The notes below the pieces were generated by a model. That model did not search any database, was not told where the DNA came from, and saw only the letters and a program-made list of their open reading frames with translations. Source: Eledone cirrhosa (Eukaryota). Taken from it: DNA of 64,000 nucleotides. Below are positions 11,434 to 24,776 of this stretch, one piece after another; position 1 is the stretch's first letter; each line of letters begins with the position of its first letter. The position numbers and the translations under genes were made by a program. Location of the stretch: the NCBI GenBank assembly GCA_964016885.1, contig OZ024756.1:37634001-37698000 (forward strand). Reading direction: 5' to 3'.

Positions 11434-11720
11434 CGAAAGGTTGTGAGTTCAAATATCAGACTAGGTGATGTGTTCTTTCCTTGAGCAAGACACTTTATTT
11501 CACATTGGTCCAGTTTACTCAGCTGTAGAAATGAGATGGGGTCCCTATCATTCCACTGCAAAGTGGTCATGGAGGTGCCACGGCAAAAAAGCACCCAGCA
11601 CTCACTGTAAATGAGGTTGGTGTTAGGAAGGGCATCCAGCTGTAGAAATCAAGCCAGAATCAATTCCCGTCCCACCCTTGAAGCAGGGAAAAGCGGGTGT
11701 AAAATGATGATGATGATGAT
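11433..11720 (+). mobile_element. SINE family B, 5'-truncated
   Basis: B box, CCTTGAGCAAGACACTTTA core, RTE-derived tail and (GAT)n; matches 34806-35103. Confidence 0.88.
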
Positions 11721-11732
11721 ATATATATATAT

Positions 11733-12165
11733 CAATGATATTAATAAATGGAAACTATATTTATAAAACCATATTTATTCTATTATATATATTTCAAGGG
11801 TACCAAAACTTTGGTACGCGCTCATCAGATAAAATACAAAGTTTGTTTTATAAATAACAAAGTTTATTTTATAAATATTGACATATCCAAGAGAATTTGT
11901 AAAATTATCCCCTGTGATTGTTTCATATGTTTATTTTATCCCCTGTGATTGTTTCATATGTTTATTTTATCCCCTGTGATTGTTTCATATGTTTATTTTA
12001 TCCCCTGTGATTGTTTCATATGTTTATTTTAGATATATTTATATGTCAAGCAATTTCTAGTTGATATAAAATGCTCGGATCTATTCATTGGAATCTTGGA
12101 GCATATTTTACGGGTGATATGGCGCATGTCTATCTGACATGACACCCTTAATTTAACTTAATTTT

Positions 12166-12168
<3 letters not shown>
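11733..12168 (-). mobile_element. Non-palindromic copy of HHR family 1 with internal 31-bp tandem repeat
   Basis: 11740-11885 is homologous to the arms at 3075-3215 and 41820-41957; TTATCCCCTGTGATTGTTTCATATGTTTATT repeats about 3-4 times at ~11905-12030. Confidence 0.8.
11776..11836 (-). ncRNA. Type I hammerhead ribozyme motif
   Basis: TATTTTAT CTGATGA GCGC GTACCAAA-GT-TTTGGTAC CCTT GAAA TATATA TA ATAGAATA. Confidence 0.75.
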
Positions 12169-12204
<36 letters not shown>

Positions 12205-12331
12205 AGGCTCAGAGGAGATTAAAAAGGGAATGCAATGTGTGTGCGTGTAGGGGGGCGGGGGGGGGGGGCTGTGCTGGAAAAACCCCATCCAACACATATA
12301 AGCATTGGAAAACGGACTTAAAACGATGGTA

Positions 12332-12363
<32 letters not shown>

Positions 12364-12620
12364 GATGATGGACTTTGCACAGTTACTGTCAACCCATGGA
12401 AATGGATGTTAAATGGTAATGATGGTGATGATGATGGTGATGATGTTGGTGATGATGATGGTGATGATGGTGATGATGATGGAGGTGATGATGATGGTGG
12501 TGAAGATGATGGTGATGGCGGCAGTGATGTGGTGGTGGTGATGGTGATACTGATGCTGCTAGGGACAATGTCGATGGTGGTGATGATTGGAAGGAGGGCA
12601 GCAATTATTCCTTATAATAA

Positions 12621-12808
12621 TTGTTTCTACATTTGGCACAAGGCCAGCAATTACCCCAGTGTATTACTGGTACCTTATTTTATCGAGACCTCCGTAAGGA
12701 TGAAAGGCAAAGTTAACCTTGGCGGGATTTGAATTCAGACCGCAAAGGGCCGTAACTCTATGCTGTAAAGCATGGAGCCCGATCCTATACCGATACTGCC
12801 GATCTGCC
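12621..12808 (-). mobile_element. SINE family A
   Basis: Reverse complement of the 5643-5832 consensus. Confidence 0.88.
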
Positions 12809-13167
12809 TATGATTATTATTCCTTATAATAATGATGGTGGTGATGATGATGATGGTGGCAGTGATGTAGTGATCATGATGGTGGTGATGATGATGATAG
12901 TCATGATGAGAATGATGATGGTGATGATGATGATGGTGATGATGATGGTAATGATGATGATGATGATGATGATGGTGGTGGTGGCAGTGATGATTGGGGG
13001 GGCAGGAATTATTCCTTATAATATTAATTACAATCTCCAAGACTATTTATCTAATTCATAACAAGCTCCAGCCCATATCCCTCTCTCTCTGACAGATATC
13101 ACTTCATACTGATATACAGCTTTCTAATTAACATTACTAACGATGTCTCGTTTACATAGATCTATGT

Positions 13168-13205
<38 letters not shown>

Positions 13206-13595
13206 ATGTGTATATGTATGTGGATGCATATGTGTGCATGTATGTGTGTGTGTGCATGTGTATATGTATGTGTATGTATATGTGTGTGTGTGCATGTGTA
13301 TATGTATGTGTATGCATATGTGTGCATGTATGTGTGTGTGTGTGTGTGCATGTGTATATGTATGTGGATGCATGTGTGTGCATGTATGTGTGCATGTGTG
13401 TGTGCATGTGTATATGTATGTGTATGTATATGTGTGCATGTATGTGTGTGTGTGTGCATGTGTATATGTATGTGTATGCATATGTGTGCATGTATGTGTG
13501 TGTGCATGTGTATATGTATGTGTATGCATATGTGTGCATATATGTGTGTGTGTGTGCATGTGTATATGTATGCATTTATAAATATATATAAACAC

Positions 13596-13640
<45 letters not shown>

Positions 13641-13675
13641 ATGTGTATATGTATGCATTTATAAATATATATATA

Positions 13676-13725
<50 letters not shown>

Positions 13726-13839
13726 GTGTGTGTGTGTGTGTTTTGTGCATGTGTATATGTATGTGTGTGTGCATGTGTATATGTATGTGTATGCATATGT
13801 GTGCATGTGTATATGTATGCATTTATAAATATATATATA

Positions 13840-13928
<89 letters not shown>

Positions 13929-13974
13929 TGTATGCATGTGTATATATATGCATATATAAATATATATACACACA

Positions 13975-14008
<34 letters not shown>

Positions 14009-16085
14009 CATGTGCATGTGTGTATATGATATGTATGCATATATAATATATGTACACTATATATATCTATGTGCATGCATGTGTGTGTGTGTGTATATAT
14101 ATATACACACACACACATATCATCACACATCATCATCATCATCATTTAATGTCTATTCTCCCTGATAGCAAGGATTATATTCATATATAAATGTGTGTGT
14201 ATGCACACACACACATATACACACACAACACACACATACACACACACAGACACACATATATACACACACATATACACAACACACATATATACACACAATA
14301 CACACACAACACAGACACACATATATACACACACAGACACACATGTATACACACCCAGACACATATATACACACACAGACACACACATATACACACATAT
14401 ATACACACAACACACACCACACATATATACACATATATACACACATATATACACACACAGACACACATACACACAGACACACAACACACATATATACACA
14501 CAATACACACACAACACACATATATACACACACAGACACACATATACACACACACAGACACACATATATACACACACAGACACACATATACACACACAGA
14601 CATATATACACAACACACATATATACACACAACACACAGACACATATATACACACACAGACACACATATATACGCACACAGACACACATATATACACACA
14701 CAGACACACTATATACACACAGATATATAGATATCATATACAACATCTAATACTTAGCCATGTATATACAGATAAACACTAATATACAATATATAATAAC
14801 TATATCTTAACAGATTTATTATATGTTATCCAATATCCACAGCCATAACTCATATATTTTCCCAAATATCCTATATATCATATTTATCATGATTGATATG
14901 GCTAAAGTATCGCATGGCAGTCTCATGATATCTCGATACCCCAACCCACAGTCACATGACTATAACTAAGGGAATTGATTGATATTTAATATCTCATTAT
15001 CATCCAATTACTAACTAATTAATTATCTAAAACCATAATTAATATCAGTGATATTAAGATCTAATATCTCGACATATCTCACACCTAGATGGTTATCCCA
15101 CAGTCATGGTATTTGGAATATATTTTAAAAAAAAGCATTTAACCATGTGTGTGTGTTTCTATATGTTTGTGTGTGTGAGTGTTTGTGTCTGTGTGTTAGT
15201 GTGTGTTTCTGTGTTTGTCTGTGTCTGTGTCTGTCTGTATGGGTATCTTTCTATGTGTGTGTATTTTTCTGTGCATATGTTTCTATGTGTGTGTGTGTTT
15301 CTGTATGTTTCTATGTGTGTGTGTGTGTGTGTCTGTCTGTCTGTGTGTGTTTCTATATGTGTGTGAATGTTTCTGTGTTTGTGTGTGTGTGTGTGTGTTT
15401 GTGTGTGTTTGTGTGTGGATATGTTTGTATCTTCCTATGTGTGTGTGCATGTTTCTATGTATTTGTGTGTGTCTCTGTGTGCATGTGTGAGTGTGTGTGT
15501 ATGTTTCTATGTATGCGTGAGTGTGTGTGTGTTTCAGTGTGTGTGTGAGTGTGTGTGTGGGTGTGTGTGTGGGTGTGTGGGTGTGTGTGTGGGTGTGTGG
15601 GTGCATGTGTGTGTGTGTGTGGGGGGGGGGGTGCAGGTGTGAATGTTACTACATGTGTAGATCTGTATATTTTGAGTTATATGTTTCTGTGTCTATACAT
15701 ATGTACATGTAGTTGTTACATACTGAAACTCTGAAATGTTCCAATTTGATATTTCTATTAATGGACAGTACTTGGATATATGTCTGTCTGTCTGTCTACC
15801 CAACTGTCTATCTGTCTGTCTGTCTGTCTACCCAACTGTCTATCTGTTTGTCTATCTGTTTGTATGTATGTAGGTAGTATGTATGAACATATGTAGGTAT
15901 GTGCTGTGACATGGAAATACTCGGTTTGGTGCCTAAGTACACATGGTTAGCCCACCAGGAGTGAGAGACCTCACCCCCTCCCCCAGTTCTACTTAAGACA
16001 TCATTCTAGGAGAAGGAAAACTCTGATGTAAAACCCGTGACTCAATGGCAGCCAATGATGTTGACCTGTTCTTCTTTCTGGATAG

Positions 16086-19000
16086 TTGTCACCATTGTTG
16101 AGAGAGTGGCATTGGTCAAGTGTAAGGCCTTTCTTGTCACCATTGTTGAGAGAGTGGCATTGGTCCAGTGTAAGGCCTTTCTTGTCACCATTGTTGAGAG
16201 AGTGACATTGGTCCAGTGTAAGGCCTTTCTTGTCACCATTGTTGAGAGAGTGGCATTGGTCCAGTGTAAGGCCTTTCTTGTCACCATTGTTGAGAGAGTG
16301 ACATTGGTCCAGTGTAAGGCCTTTCTTGTCACCATTGTTGAGAGAGTGGCATTGGTCCAGTGTAAGGCCTTTCTTGTCACCATTGTTGAGAGAGTGGCAT
16401 TGGTCCAGTGTAAGGCCTTTCTTGTCACCATTGTTGAGAGAGTGACATTGGTCCAGTGTAAGGCCTTTCTTGTCACCATTGTTGAGAGAGTGGCATTGGT
16501 CCAGTGTAAGGCCTTTCTTGTCACCATTGTTGAGAGAGTGGCATTGGTCCAGTGTAAGGCCTTTCTTGTCACCATTGTTGAGAGAGTGACATTGGTCCAG
16601 TGTAAGGCCTTTCTTGTCACCATTGTTGAGAGAGTGGCATTGGTCCAGTGTAAGGCCTTTCTTGTCACCATTGTTGAGAGAGTGGCATTGGTCCAGTGTA
16701 AGGCCTTTCTTGTCACCATTGTTGAGAGAGTGACATTGGTCCAGTGTAAGGCCTTTCTTGTCACCATTGTTGAGAGAGTGGCATTGGTCCAGTGTAAGGC
16801 CTTTCTTGTCACCATTGTTGAGAGAGTGACATTGGTCCAGTGTAAGGCCTTTCTTGTCACCATTGTTGAGAGAGTGACATTGGTCCAGTGTAAGGCCTTT
16901 CTTGTCACCATTGTTGAGAGAGTGGCATTGGTCCAGTGTAAGGCCTTTCTTGTCACCATTGTTGAGAGAGTGACATTGGTCCAGTGTAAGGCCTTTCTTG
17001 TCACCATTGTTGAGAGAGTGACATTGGTCCAGTGTAAGGCCTTTCTTGTCACCATTGTTGAGAGAGTGACATTGGTCCAGTGTAAGGCCTTTCTTGTCAC
17101 CATTGTTGAGAGAGTGACATTGGTCCAGTGTAAGGCCTTTCTTGTCACCATTGTTCAGAGAGTGGCATTGGTCCAGTGTAAGGCCTTTCTTGTCACCATT
17201 GTTGAGAGAGTGACATTGGTCCAGTGTAAGGCCTTTCTTGTCACCATTGTTGAGAGAGTGACATTGGTCCAGTGTAAGGCCTTTCTTGTCACCATTGTTC
17301 AGAGAGTGGCATTGGTCCAGTGTAAGGCCTTTCTTGTCACCATTGTTGAGAGAGTGACATTGGTCCAGTGTAAGGCCTTTCTTGTCACCATTGTTGAGAG
17401 AGTGACATTGGTCCAGTGTAAGGCCTTTCTTGTCACCATTGTTGAAAGAGTGACATTGGTCCAGTGTAAGGCCTTTCTTGTCACCATTGTTCAGAGAGTG
17501 GCATTGGTCCAGTGTAAGGCCTTTCTTGTCACCATTGTTGAGAGAGTGACATTGGTCCAGTGTAAGGCCTTTCTTGTCACCATTGTTGAGAGAGTGACAT
17601 TGGTCCAGTGTAAGGCCTTTCTTGTCACCATTGTTGAGAGAGGGACATTGGTCCAGTGTAAGGCCTTTCTTGTCACCATTGTTGAGAGAGTGACATTGGT
17701 CCAGTGTAAGGCCTTTCTTGTCACCATTGTTGAGAGAGTGACATTGGTCCAGTGTAAGGCCTTTCTTGTCACCATTGTTGAGAGAGGGACATTGGTCCAG
17801 TGTAAGGCCTTTCTTGTCACCATTGTTGAGAGAGTGACATTGGTCCAGTGTAAGGCCTTTCTTGTCACCATTGTTGAGAGAGTGACATTGGTCCAGTGTA
17901 AGGCCTTTCTTGTCACCATTGTTGAGAGAGGGACATTGGTCCAGTGTAAGGCCTTTCTTGTCACCATTGTTGAGAGAGTGACATTGGTCCAGTGTAAGGC
18001 CTTTCTTGTCACCATTGTTGAGAGAGTGACATTGGTCCAGTGTAAGGCCTTTCTTGTCACCATTGTTGAGAGAGTGACATTGGTCCAGTGTAAGGCCTTT
18101 CTTGTCACCATTGTTGAGAGAGTGACATTGGTCCAGTGTAAGGCCTTTCTTGTCACCATTGTTGAGAGAGTGACATTGGTCCAGTGTAAGGCCTTTCTTG
18201 TCACCATTGTTGAGAGAGGGACATTGGTCCAGTGTAAGGCCTTTCTTGTCACCATTGTTGAGAGAGTGACATTGGTCCAGTGTAAGGTCTTTCTTGTCAC
18301 CATTGTTCAGAGAGTGGCATTGGTCCAGTGTAAGGCCTTTCTTGTCACCATTGTTGAGAGAGTGACATTGGTCCAGTGTAAGGCCTTTCTTGTCACCATT
18401 GTTGAGAGAGTGACATTGGTCCAGTGTAAGGCCTTTCTTGTCACCATTGTTCAGAGAGTGGCATTGGTCCAGTGTAAGGCCTTTCTTGTCACCATTGTTG
18501 AGAGAGTGACATTGGTCCAGTGTAAGGCCTTTCTTGTCACCATTGTTGAGAGAGTGACATTGGTCCAGTGTAAGGCCTTTCTTGTCACCATTGTTCAGAG
18601 AGTGGCATTGGTCCAGTGTAAGGCCTTTCTTGTCACCATTGTTGAGAGAGTGACATTGGTCCAGTGTAAGGCCTTTCTTGTCACCATTGTTCAGAGAGTG
18701 GCATTGGTCCAGTGTAAGGCCTTTCTTGTCACCATTGTTGAGAGAGTGACATTGGTCCAGTGTAAGGCCTTTCTTGTCACCATTGTTGAGAGAGTGACAT
18801 TGGTCCAGTGTAAGGCCTTTCTTGTCACCATTGTTCAGAGAGTGGCATTGGTCCAGTGTAAGGCCTTTCTTGTCACCATTGTTGAGAGAGTGACATTGGT
18901 CCAGTGTAAGGCCTTTCTTGTCACCATTGTTGAGAGAGTGACATTGGTCCAGTGTAAGGCCTTTCTTGTCACCATTGTTCAGAGAGTGGCATTGGTCCAG

Positions 19001-21319
19001 TGTAAGGCCTTTCTTGTCACCATTGTTGAGAGAGTGACATTGGTCCAGTGTAAGGCCTTTCTTGTCACCATTGTTCAGAGAGTGGCATTGGTCCAGTGTA
19101 AGGCCTTTCTTGTCACCATTGTTGAGAGAGGGACATTGGTCCAGTGTAAGGCCTTTCTTGTCACCATTGTTGAGAGAGGGACATTGGTCCAGTGTAAGGC
19201 CTTTCTTGTCACCATTGTTGAGAGAGTGGCATTGGTCCAGTGTAAGGCCTTTCTTGTCACCATTGTTCAGAGAGTGGCATTGGTCCAGTGTAAGGCCTTT
19301 CTTGTCACCATTGTTGAGAGAGTGACATTGGTCCAGTGTAAGGCCTTTCTTGTCACCATTGTTCAGAGAGTGGCATTGGTCCAGTGTAAGGCCTTTCTTG
19401 TCACCATTGTTGAGAGAGGGACATTGGTCCAGTGTAAGGCCTTTCTTGTCACCATTGTTGAGAGAGTGGCATTGGTCCAGTGTAAGGCCTTTCTTGTCAC
19501 CATTGTTCAGAGAGTGGCATTGGTCCAGTGTAAGGCCTTTCTTGTCACCATTGTTGAGAGAGTGACATTGGTCCAGTGTAAGGCCTTTCTTGTCACCATT
19601 GTTGAGAGAGTGGCATTGGTCCAGTGTAAGGCCTTTCTTGTCACCATTGTTGAGAGAGGGACATTGGTCCAGTGTAAGGCCTTTCTTGTCACCATTGTTG
19701 AGAGAGTGACATTGGTCCAGTGTAAGGCCTTTCTTGTCACCATTGTTCAGAGAGTGGCATTGGTCCAGTGTAAGGCCTTTCTTGTCACCATTGTTGAGAG
19801 AGTGACATTGGTCCAGTGTAAGGCCTTTCTTGTCACCATTGTTGAGAGAGTGGCATTGGTCCAGTGTAAGGCCTTTCTTGTCACCATTGTTGAGAGAGTG
19901 GCATTGGTCCAGTGTAAGGCCTTTCTTGTCACCATTGTTGAGAGAGTGGCATTGGTCAAGTGAAAGGCCTTTCTTGTCACCATTGTTCAGAGAGTGGCAT
20001 TGGTCCAGTGTAAGGCCTTTCTTGTCACCATTGTTGAGAGAGTGACATTGGTCCAGTGTAAGGCCTTTCTTGTCACCATTGTTGAGAGAGTGACATTGGT
20101 CCAGTGTAAGGCCTTTCTTGTCACCATTGTTGAGAGAGTGACATTGGTCCAGTGTAAGGCCTTTCTTGTCACCATTGTTGAGAGAGTGGCATTGGTCCAG
20201 TGTAAGGCCTTTCTTGTCACCATTGTTGAGAGAGTGACATTGGTCCAGTGTAAGGCCTTTCTTGTCACCATTGTTGAGAGAGTGACATTGGTCCAGTGTA
20301 AGGCCTTTCTTGTCACCATTGTTGAGAGAGTGACATTGGTCCAGTGTAAGGCCTTTCTTGTCACCATTGTTGAGAGAGTGACATTGGTCCAGTGTAAGGC
20401 CTTTCTTGTCACCATTGTTGAGAGAGGGACATTGGTCCAGTGTAAGGCCTTTCTTGTCACCATTGTTGAGAGAGTGGCATTGGTCCAGTGTAAGGCCTTT
20501 CTTGTCACCATTGTTGAGAGAGGGACATTGGTCCGGTGTAAGGCCTTTCTTGTCACCATTGTTGAGAGAGGGACATTGGTCCAGTGTAAGGCCTTTCTTG
20601 TCACCATTGTTGAGAGAGTGGCATTGGTCCAGTGTAAGGCCTTTCTTGTCACCATTGTTGGGAGAGTGACATTGGTCAAGTGTAAGGCCTTTCTTGTCAC
20701 CATTGTTGAGAGAGTGACATTGGTCCAGTGTAAGGCCTTTCTTGTCACCATTGTTGAGAGAGTGACATTGGTCCAGTGTAAGGCCTTTCTTGTCACCATT
20801 GTTGAGAGAGTGACATTGGTCCAGTGTAAGGCCTTTCTTGTCACCATTGTTGAGAGAGTGACATTGGTCCAGTGTAAGGCCTTTCTTGTCACCATTGTTG
20901 AGAGAGTGGCATTGGTCCAGTGTAAGGCCTTTCTTGTCACCATTGTTGAGAGAGTGACATTGGTCCAGTGTAAGGCCTTTCTTGTCACCATTGTTGAGAG
21001 AGTGACATTGGTCCAGTGTAAGGCCTTTCTTGTCACCATTGTTGAGAGAGTGACATTGGTCCAGTGTAAGGCCTTTCTTGTCACCATTGTTGAGAGAGTG
21101 ACATTGGTCCAGTGTAAGGCCTTTCTTGTCACCATTGTTGAGAGAGTGACATTGGTCCAGTGTAAGGCCTTTCTTGTCACCATTGTTGAGAGAGTGACAT
21201 TGGTCCAGTGTAAGGCCTTTCTTGTCACCATTGTTGAGAGAGTGACATTGGTCCAGTGTAAGGCCTTTCTTGTCACCATTGTTGAGAGAGTGGCATTGGT
21301 CCAGTGTAAGGCCTTTCTT
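16086..21319. repeat. 48-bp minisatellite, ~109 highly homogeneous copies
   Basis: Unit TTGTCACCATTGTTSAGAGAGKGRCATTGGTCCAGTGTAAGGCCTTTC with no indels seen; flanks match the single-copy element at 7011-7158. Confidence 0.97.
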
Positions 21320-21660
21320 CACTTATAAAAGCTTCACAGGCCTCACTTGATCTAAACCACATTCACGTATGTTGCGTGAACTTGGCCTTTTCGTTCTTTT
21401 GCTGCAGCATATTCAGAAAGGAATATCATGTATGTATGTGTATGTATGTATGTATGTATGTATGTATGTATGTATGTATGTATGTATGTATGTATATATA
21501 TGTATGTACATATGCATATATGTATGCATTCATACATATATGTGTCACCAATGTATGCCTGTGCAAATGTGCTTGAGTATGCAAGTATATATGTGTATAT
21601 GCTGGCTTGTAGAATATGTGTGAGTAAGTATGCATCTATATAAGTCTAGTGGTGGTAGTG

Positions 21661-21719
<59 letters not shown>

Positions 21720-23271
21720 TGTAGTTGCTCTTTTAGGAAGTCCTACTCCTTTAAATGTATTATAAACACCACCACCACCTCTACCATCATCATCATCATC
21801 AACATAAATATCACTACCACCATCATCATCATCCCTCCATCATCGCCACCACCATCATCAACAATAATAACAACAACAAAACCATAGGATCTTTTCTGGA
21901 ATAATCTAATTTCATTTGCATAATGTCATGGCAACCAATTGAACAGATAACAACATACAGTTTGCTCCTCACACCCTCACCTCCACTCCCACCCACCTCT
22001 GTAGCCCTTTCCAGCATCACTACCACTACCACTACCACCAACACCACTGACACAACTCTCATTACTATCACTGAGACCACCACCAACACCATAACCATCA
22101 CTACTACCCATACCGCTACCACCACAATAACCATACACCACCACTACTGCCACAACCACCACCCATACACCACCTCCCATTCCACTACCACCACAATAAC
22201 CACACACCACCACTATCCATACCACTACTGCCACAACCACCAACCATACACCACCACTACCCATACCACTACTGCCACCACCACCACCACCACTACCCAT
22301 ACCACTACTGCCACCACCACCACCACCACCACTACCCATATCACTACTGCCACCACCACCTCCCATACCACTACCACCACAATAACCACACACCACCACT
22401 ACTGCCACAACCACCACCCATACACCACCTCCCATACCACTACCACCACAATAACCACACACCACCACCACTACCCATACCACTAATGCCACAACCACCA
22501 CCCATACACCACCTCCCATACCACTACCACCACAATAACCACACACCACCACTACCCATACCACTACTACCACCACCACCAACCACACACCACCACTACC
22601 CATACCACTACTACCACCACAACCAACCACACACCACCACTACCCATACCACTACTGCCACCACCACTACCCATACTACTACTACTGCCACCACCACCAA
22701 CCACACAACACCACTACCCATACCACTACCACCACCACCACAACAACAACAACAATATCCACTTCATAAAATACTCAAAGTAAATTAAATTCCACTTGGG
22801 TATAATTTCTACAGTAGAGTGTTTGTTGTTGTTTTATTGTTGTTGTTGCTGTTATTGTTGTTGTTGCTGTTGCTGTTATTGTTGTTGTTTTATTGTTGTT
22901 GTTGCTGTTATTGTTGTTGTTGCTGTTATTGTTGTTGTTGCTGTTATTGTTGTTGTTGCTGTTGGTGTTATTGTTGTTGTTGCTGTTGCTGTTATTGTTG
23001 TTGTTGCTGTTATTGTTGTTGTTGTTGTTGCTGTTATTGTTGTTGTTGTTGTTGCTGTTATTGTTGTTGTTGTTGCTGTTGTTGTTATTGTTGCTGTTAT
23101 TGTTGTTGTTATTGTTATTGTTGTTGTTATTGTTAGTGTTGCTGTTATTGTTGTTGTTGCTTTTGCTATTGTTGTTGTTATTGTTGTTGCTATTGTTTAT
23201 GTTATTGTTGTTATTTTTACTGTTACCGTCAGCTCAGTGAATTGAAAATTTGCCTTATATGTTAACTTTAT

Positions 23272-23935
23272 TCTATCCCCGCTATCCTTCCATCTATTCC
23301 CCCTCTATCCTTCCATCTATTCCCCCTCTATCCTTCCATCTATTCCCCCTCTATCCTTCCATCTATTCCCCCCTCTATCCTTCCATCTATTCCCCCTCTA
23401 TCCTTCCATCTATTCCCCCTCTATCCTTCCATCTATTCCCCCTCTATCCTTCCATCTATTCCCCTCTATCCTTCCATCTATTCCCCCTCTATCCTTCCAT
23501 CTATCCCCCTCTATCCTCCCATCTATTCCCCCTTCTATCCTTCCATCTATTCCCCCTCTATCCTTCCATCTATTCCCCCTCTATCCTTCCATCTATTCCC
23601 CCTCTATCCTTCCATCTATTCCCCCTTCTATCCTTCCATCTATTCCCCCCTCTATCCTTCCATCTATTCCCCCCTCTATCCTTCCATCTATTCCCCCTCT
23701 ATCCTTCCATATATTCTCCCATCTATCCTTCCCGCTATCCTTCCATCTATTCCCCCTCTATCCTTCCATCTATTCCCCCTCTATCCTTCCATCTATTCCC
23801 CCCTCTATCCTTCCATCTATTCCCCCTCTATCCTTCCATCTATTCCCCATCTATCCTTCCATCTATTCCCCCCTCTATCCTTCCATCTATTCTCCATCTA
23901 TCCTTCCATCTATTCCCCCCTCTATCCTTCCATCT
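23272..23935. repeat. ~23-26-bp pyrimidine-rich minisatellite
   Basis: Tandem CTATCCTTCCATCTATTCCCCCT with a variable C-run. Confidence 0.92.
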
Positions 23936-24745
23936 TCTTTATCATTCAATCTGTCATTCAATCTGTTATTCAATCTGTCATTCAATCTGTTAATCTTTCT
24001 GTCTGTCCCTTCCATCTCTTCTCTCCTCTCTCCCCTTCCCCCTATCCTTTATCATTCAATCTATCCTTCCATCTATCTTTCCACCTCCTTCTCATCTCAC
24101 CGACCACCTGCATCCTTTCCCCTTATCCACCACAACGATCCTTACACCTCCCACCACAACAGTTCTTACACCTCCCACCACCACCACCACCCTTCTCTCT
24201 CCCACATCACCATCCATACCTCTCCCACCACCAAAATACTTACCCCCTCCCACCACAAGTATCCTTCTCTCTCTCCACCTGTTTTTTGCTTTCTCCCACA
24301 AACCACATTCAACCTCTTGCTACTACTCACACTCCACCTCCCAACACACTACCACTCATACTTCCCTCCCACAATTCACACTCTGCCTCCTACCACTCAC
24401 TTGCACTCCACCTCCCACCACTCACGCTCCATCTCCCACCATTCACACTGCACCTCCCACCACTCACACTCCACCTCCCGTCACATACACTCCCCCTCCC
24501 ACCACACTCCCCCTCCCACCACCTCCCACCACCTGCACTCCACCTCACTCTACCACTCACACCCCTCCTCCCTCTACCACCACTCAACAATAAATATGTC
24601 TTATATCTCGAAATAATTTCAATATTTAATTAGCTAAAATTGATATTCCCAATCATGGTAATTGCTCTGGTTTGTCTTGTGTGTGTGTATGTGTGTGTGT
24701 GTGTATGTGTGTGTATGTATGTATGTGTGTGTGTGTATGTGTGTA

Positions 24746-24776
<31 letters not shown>

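Noticed and set aside
16037-21328. 1308-aa and 444-aa plus-strand ORFs
   Set aside because: Stop-free frames of a 48-bp tandem unit; variants are often non-synonymous in this frame and it is broken by a stop.
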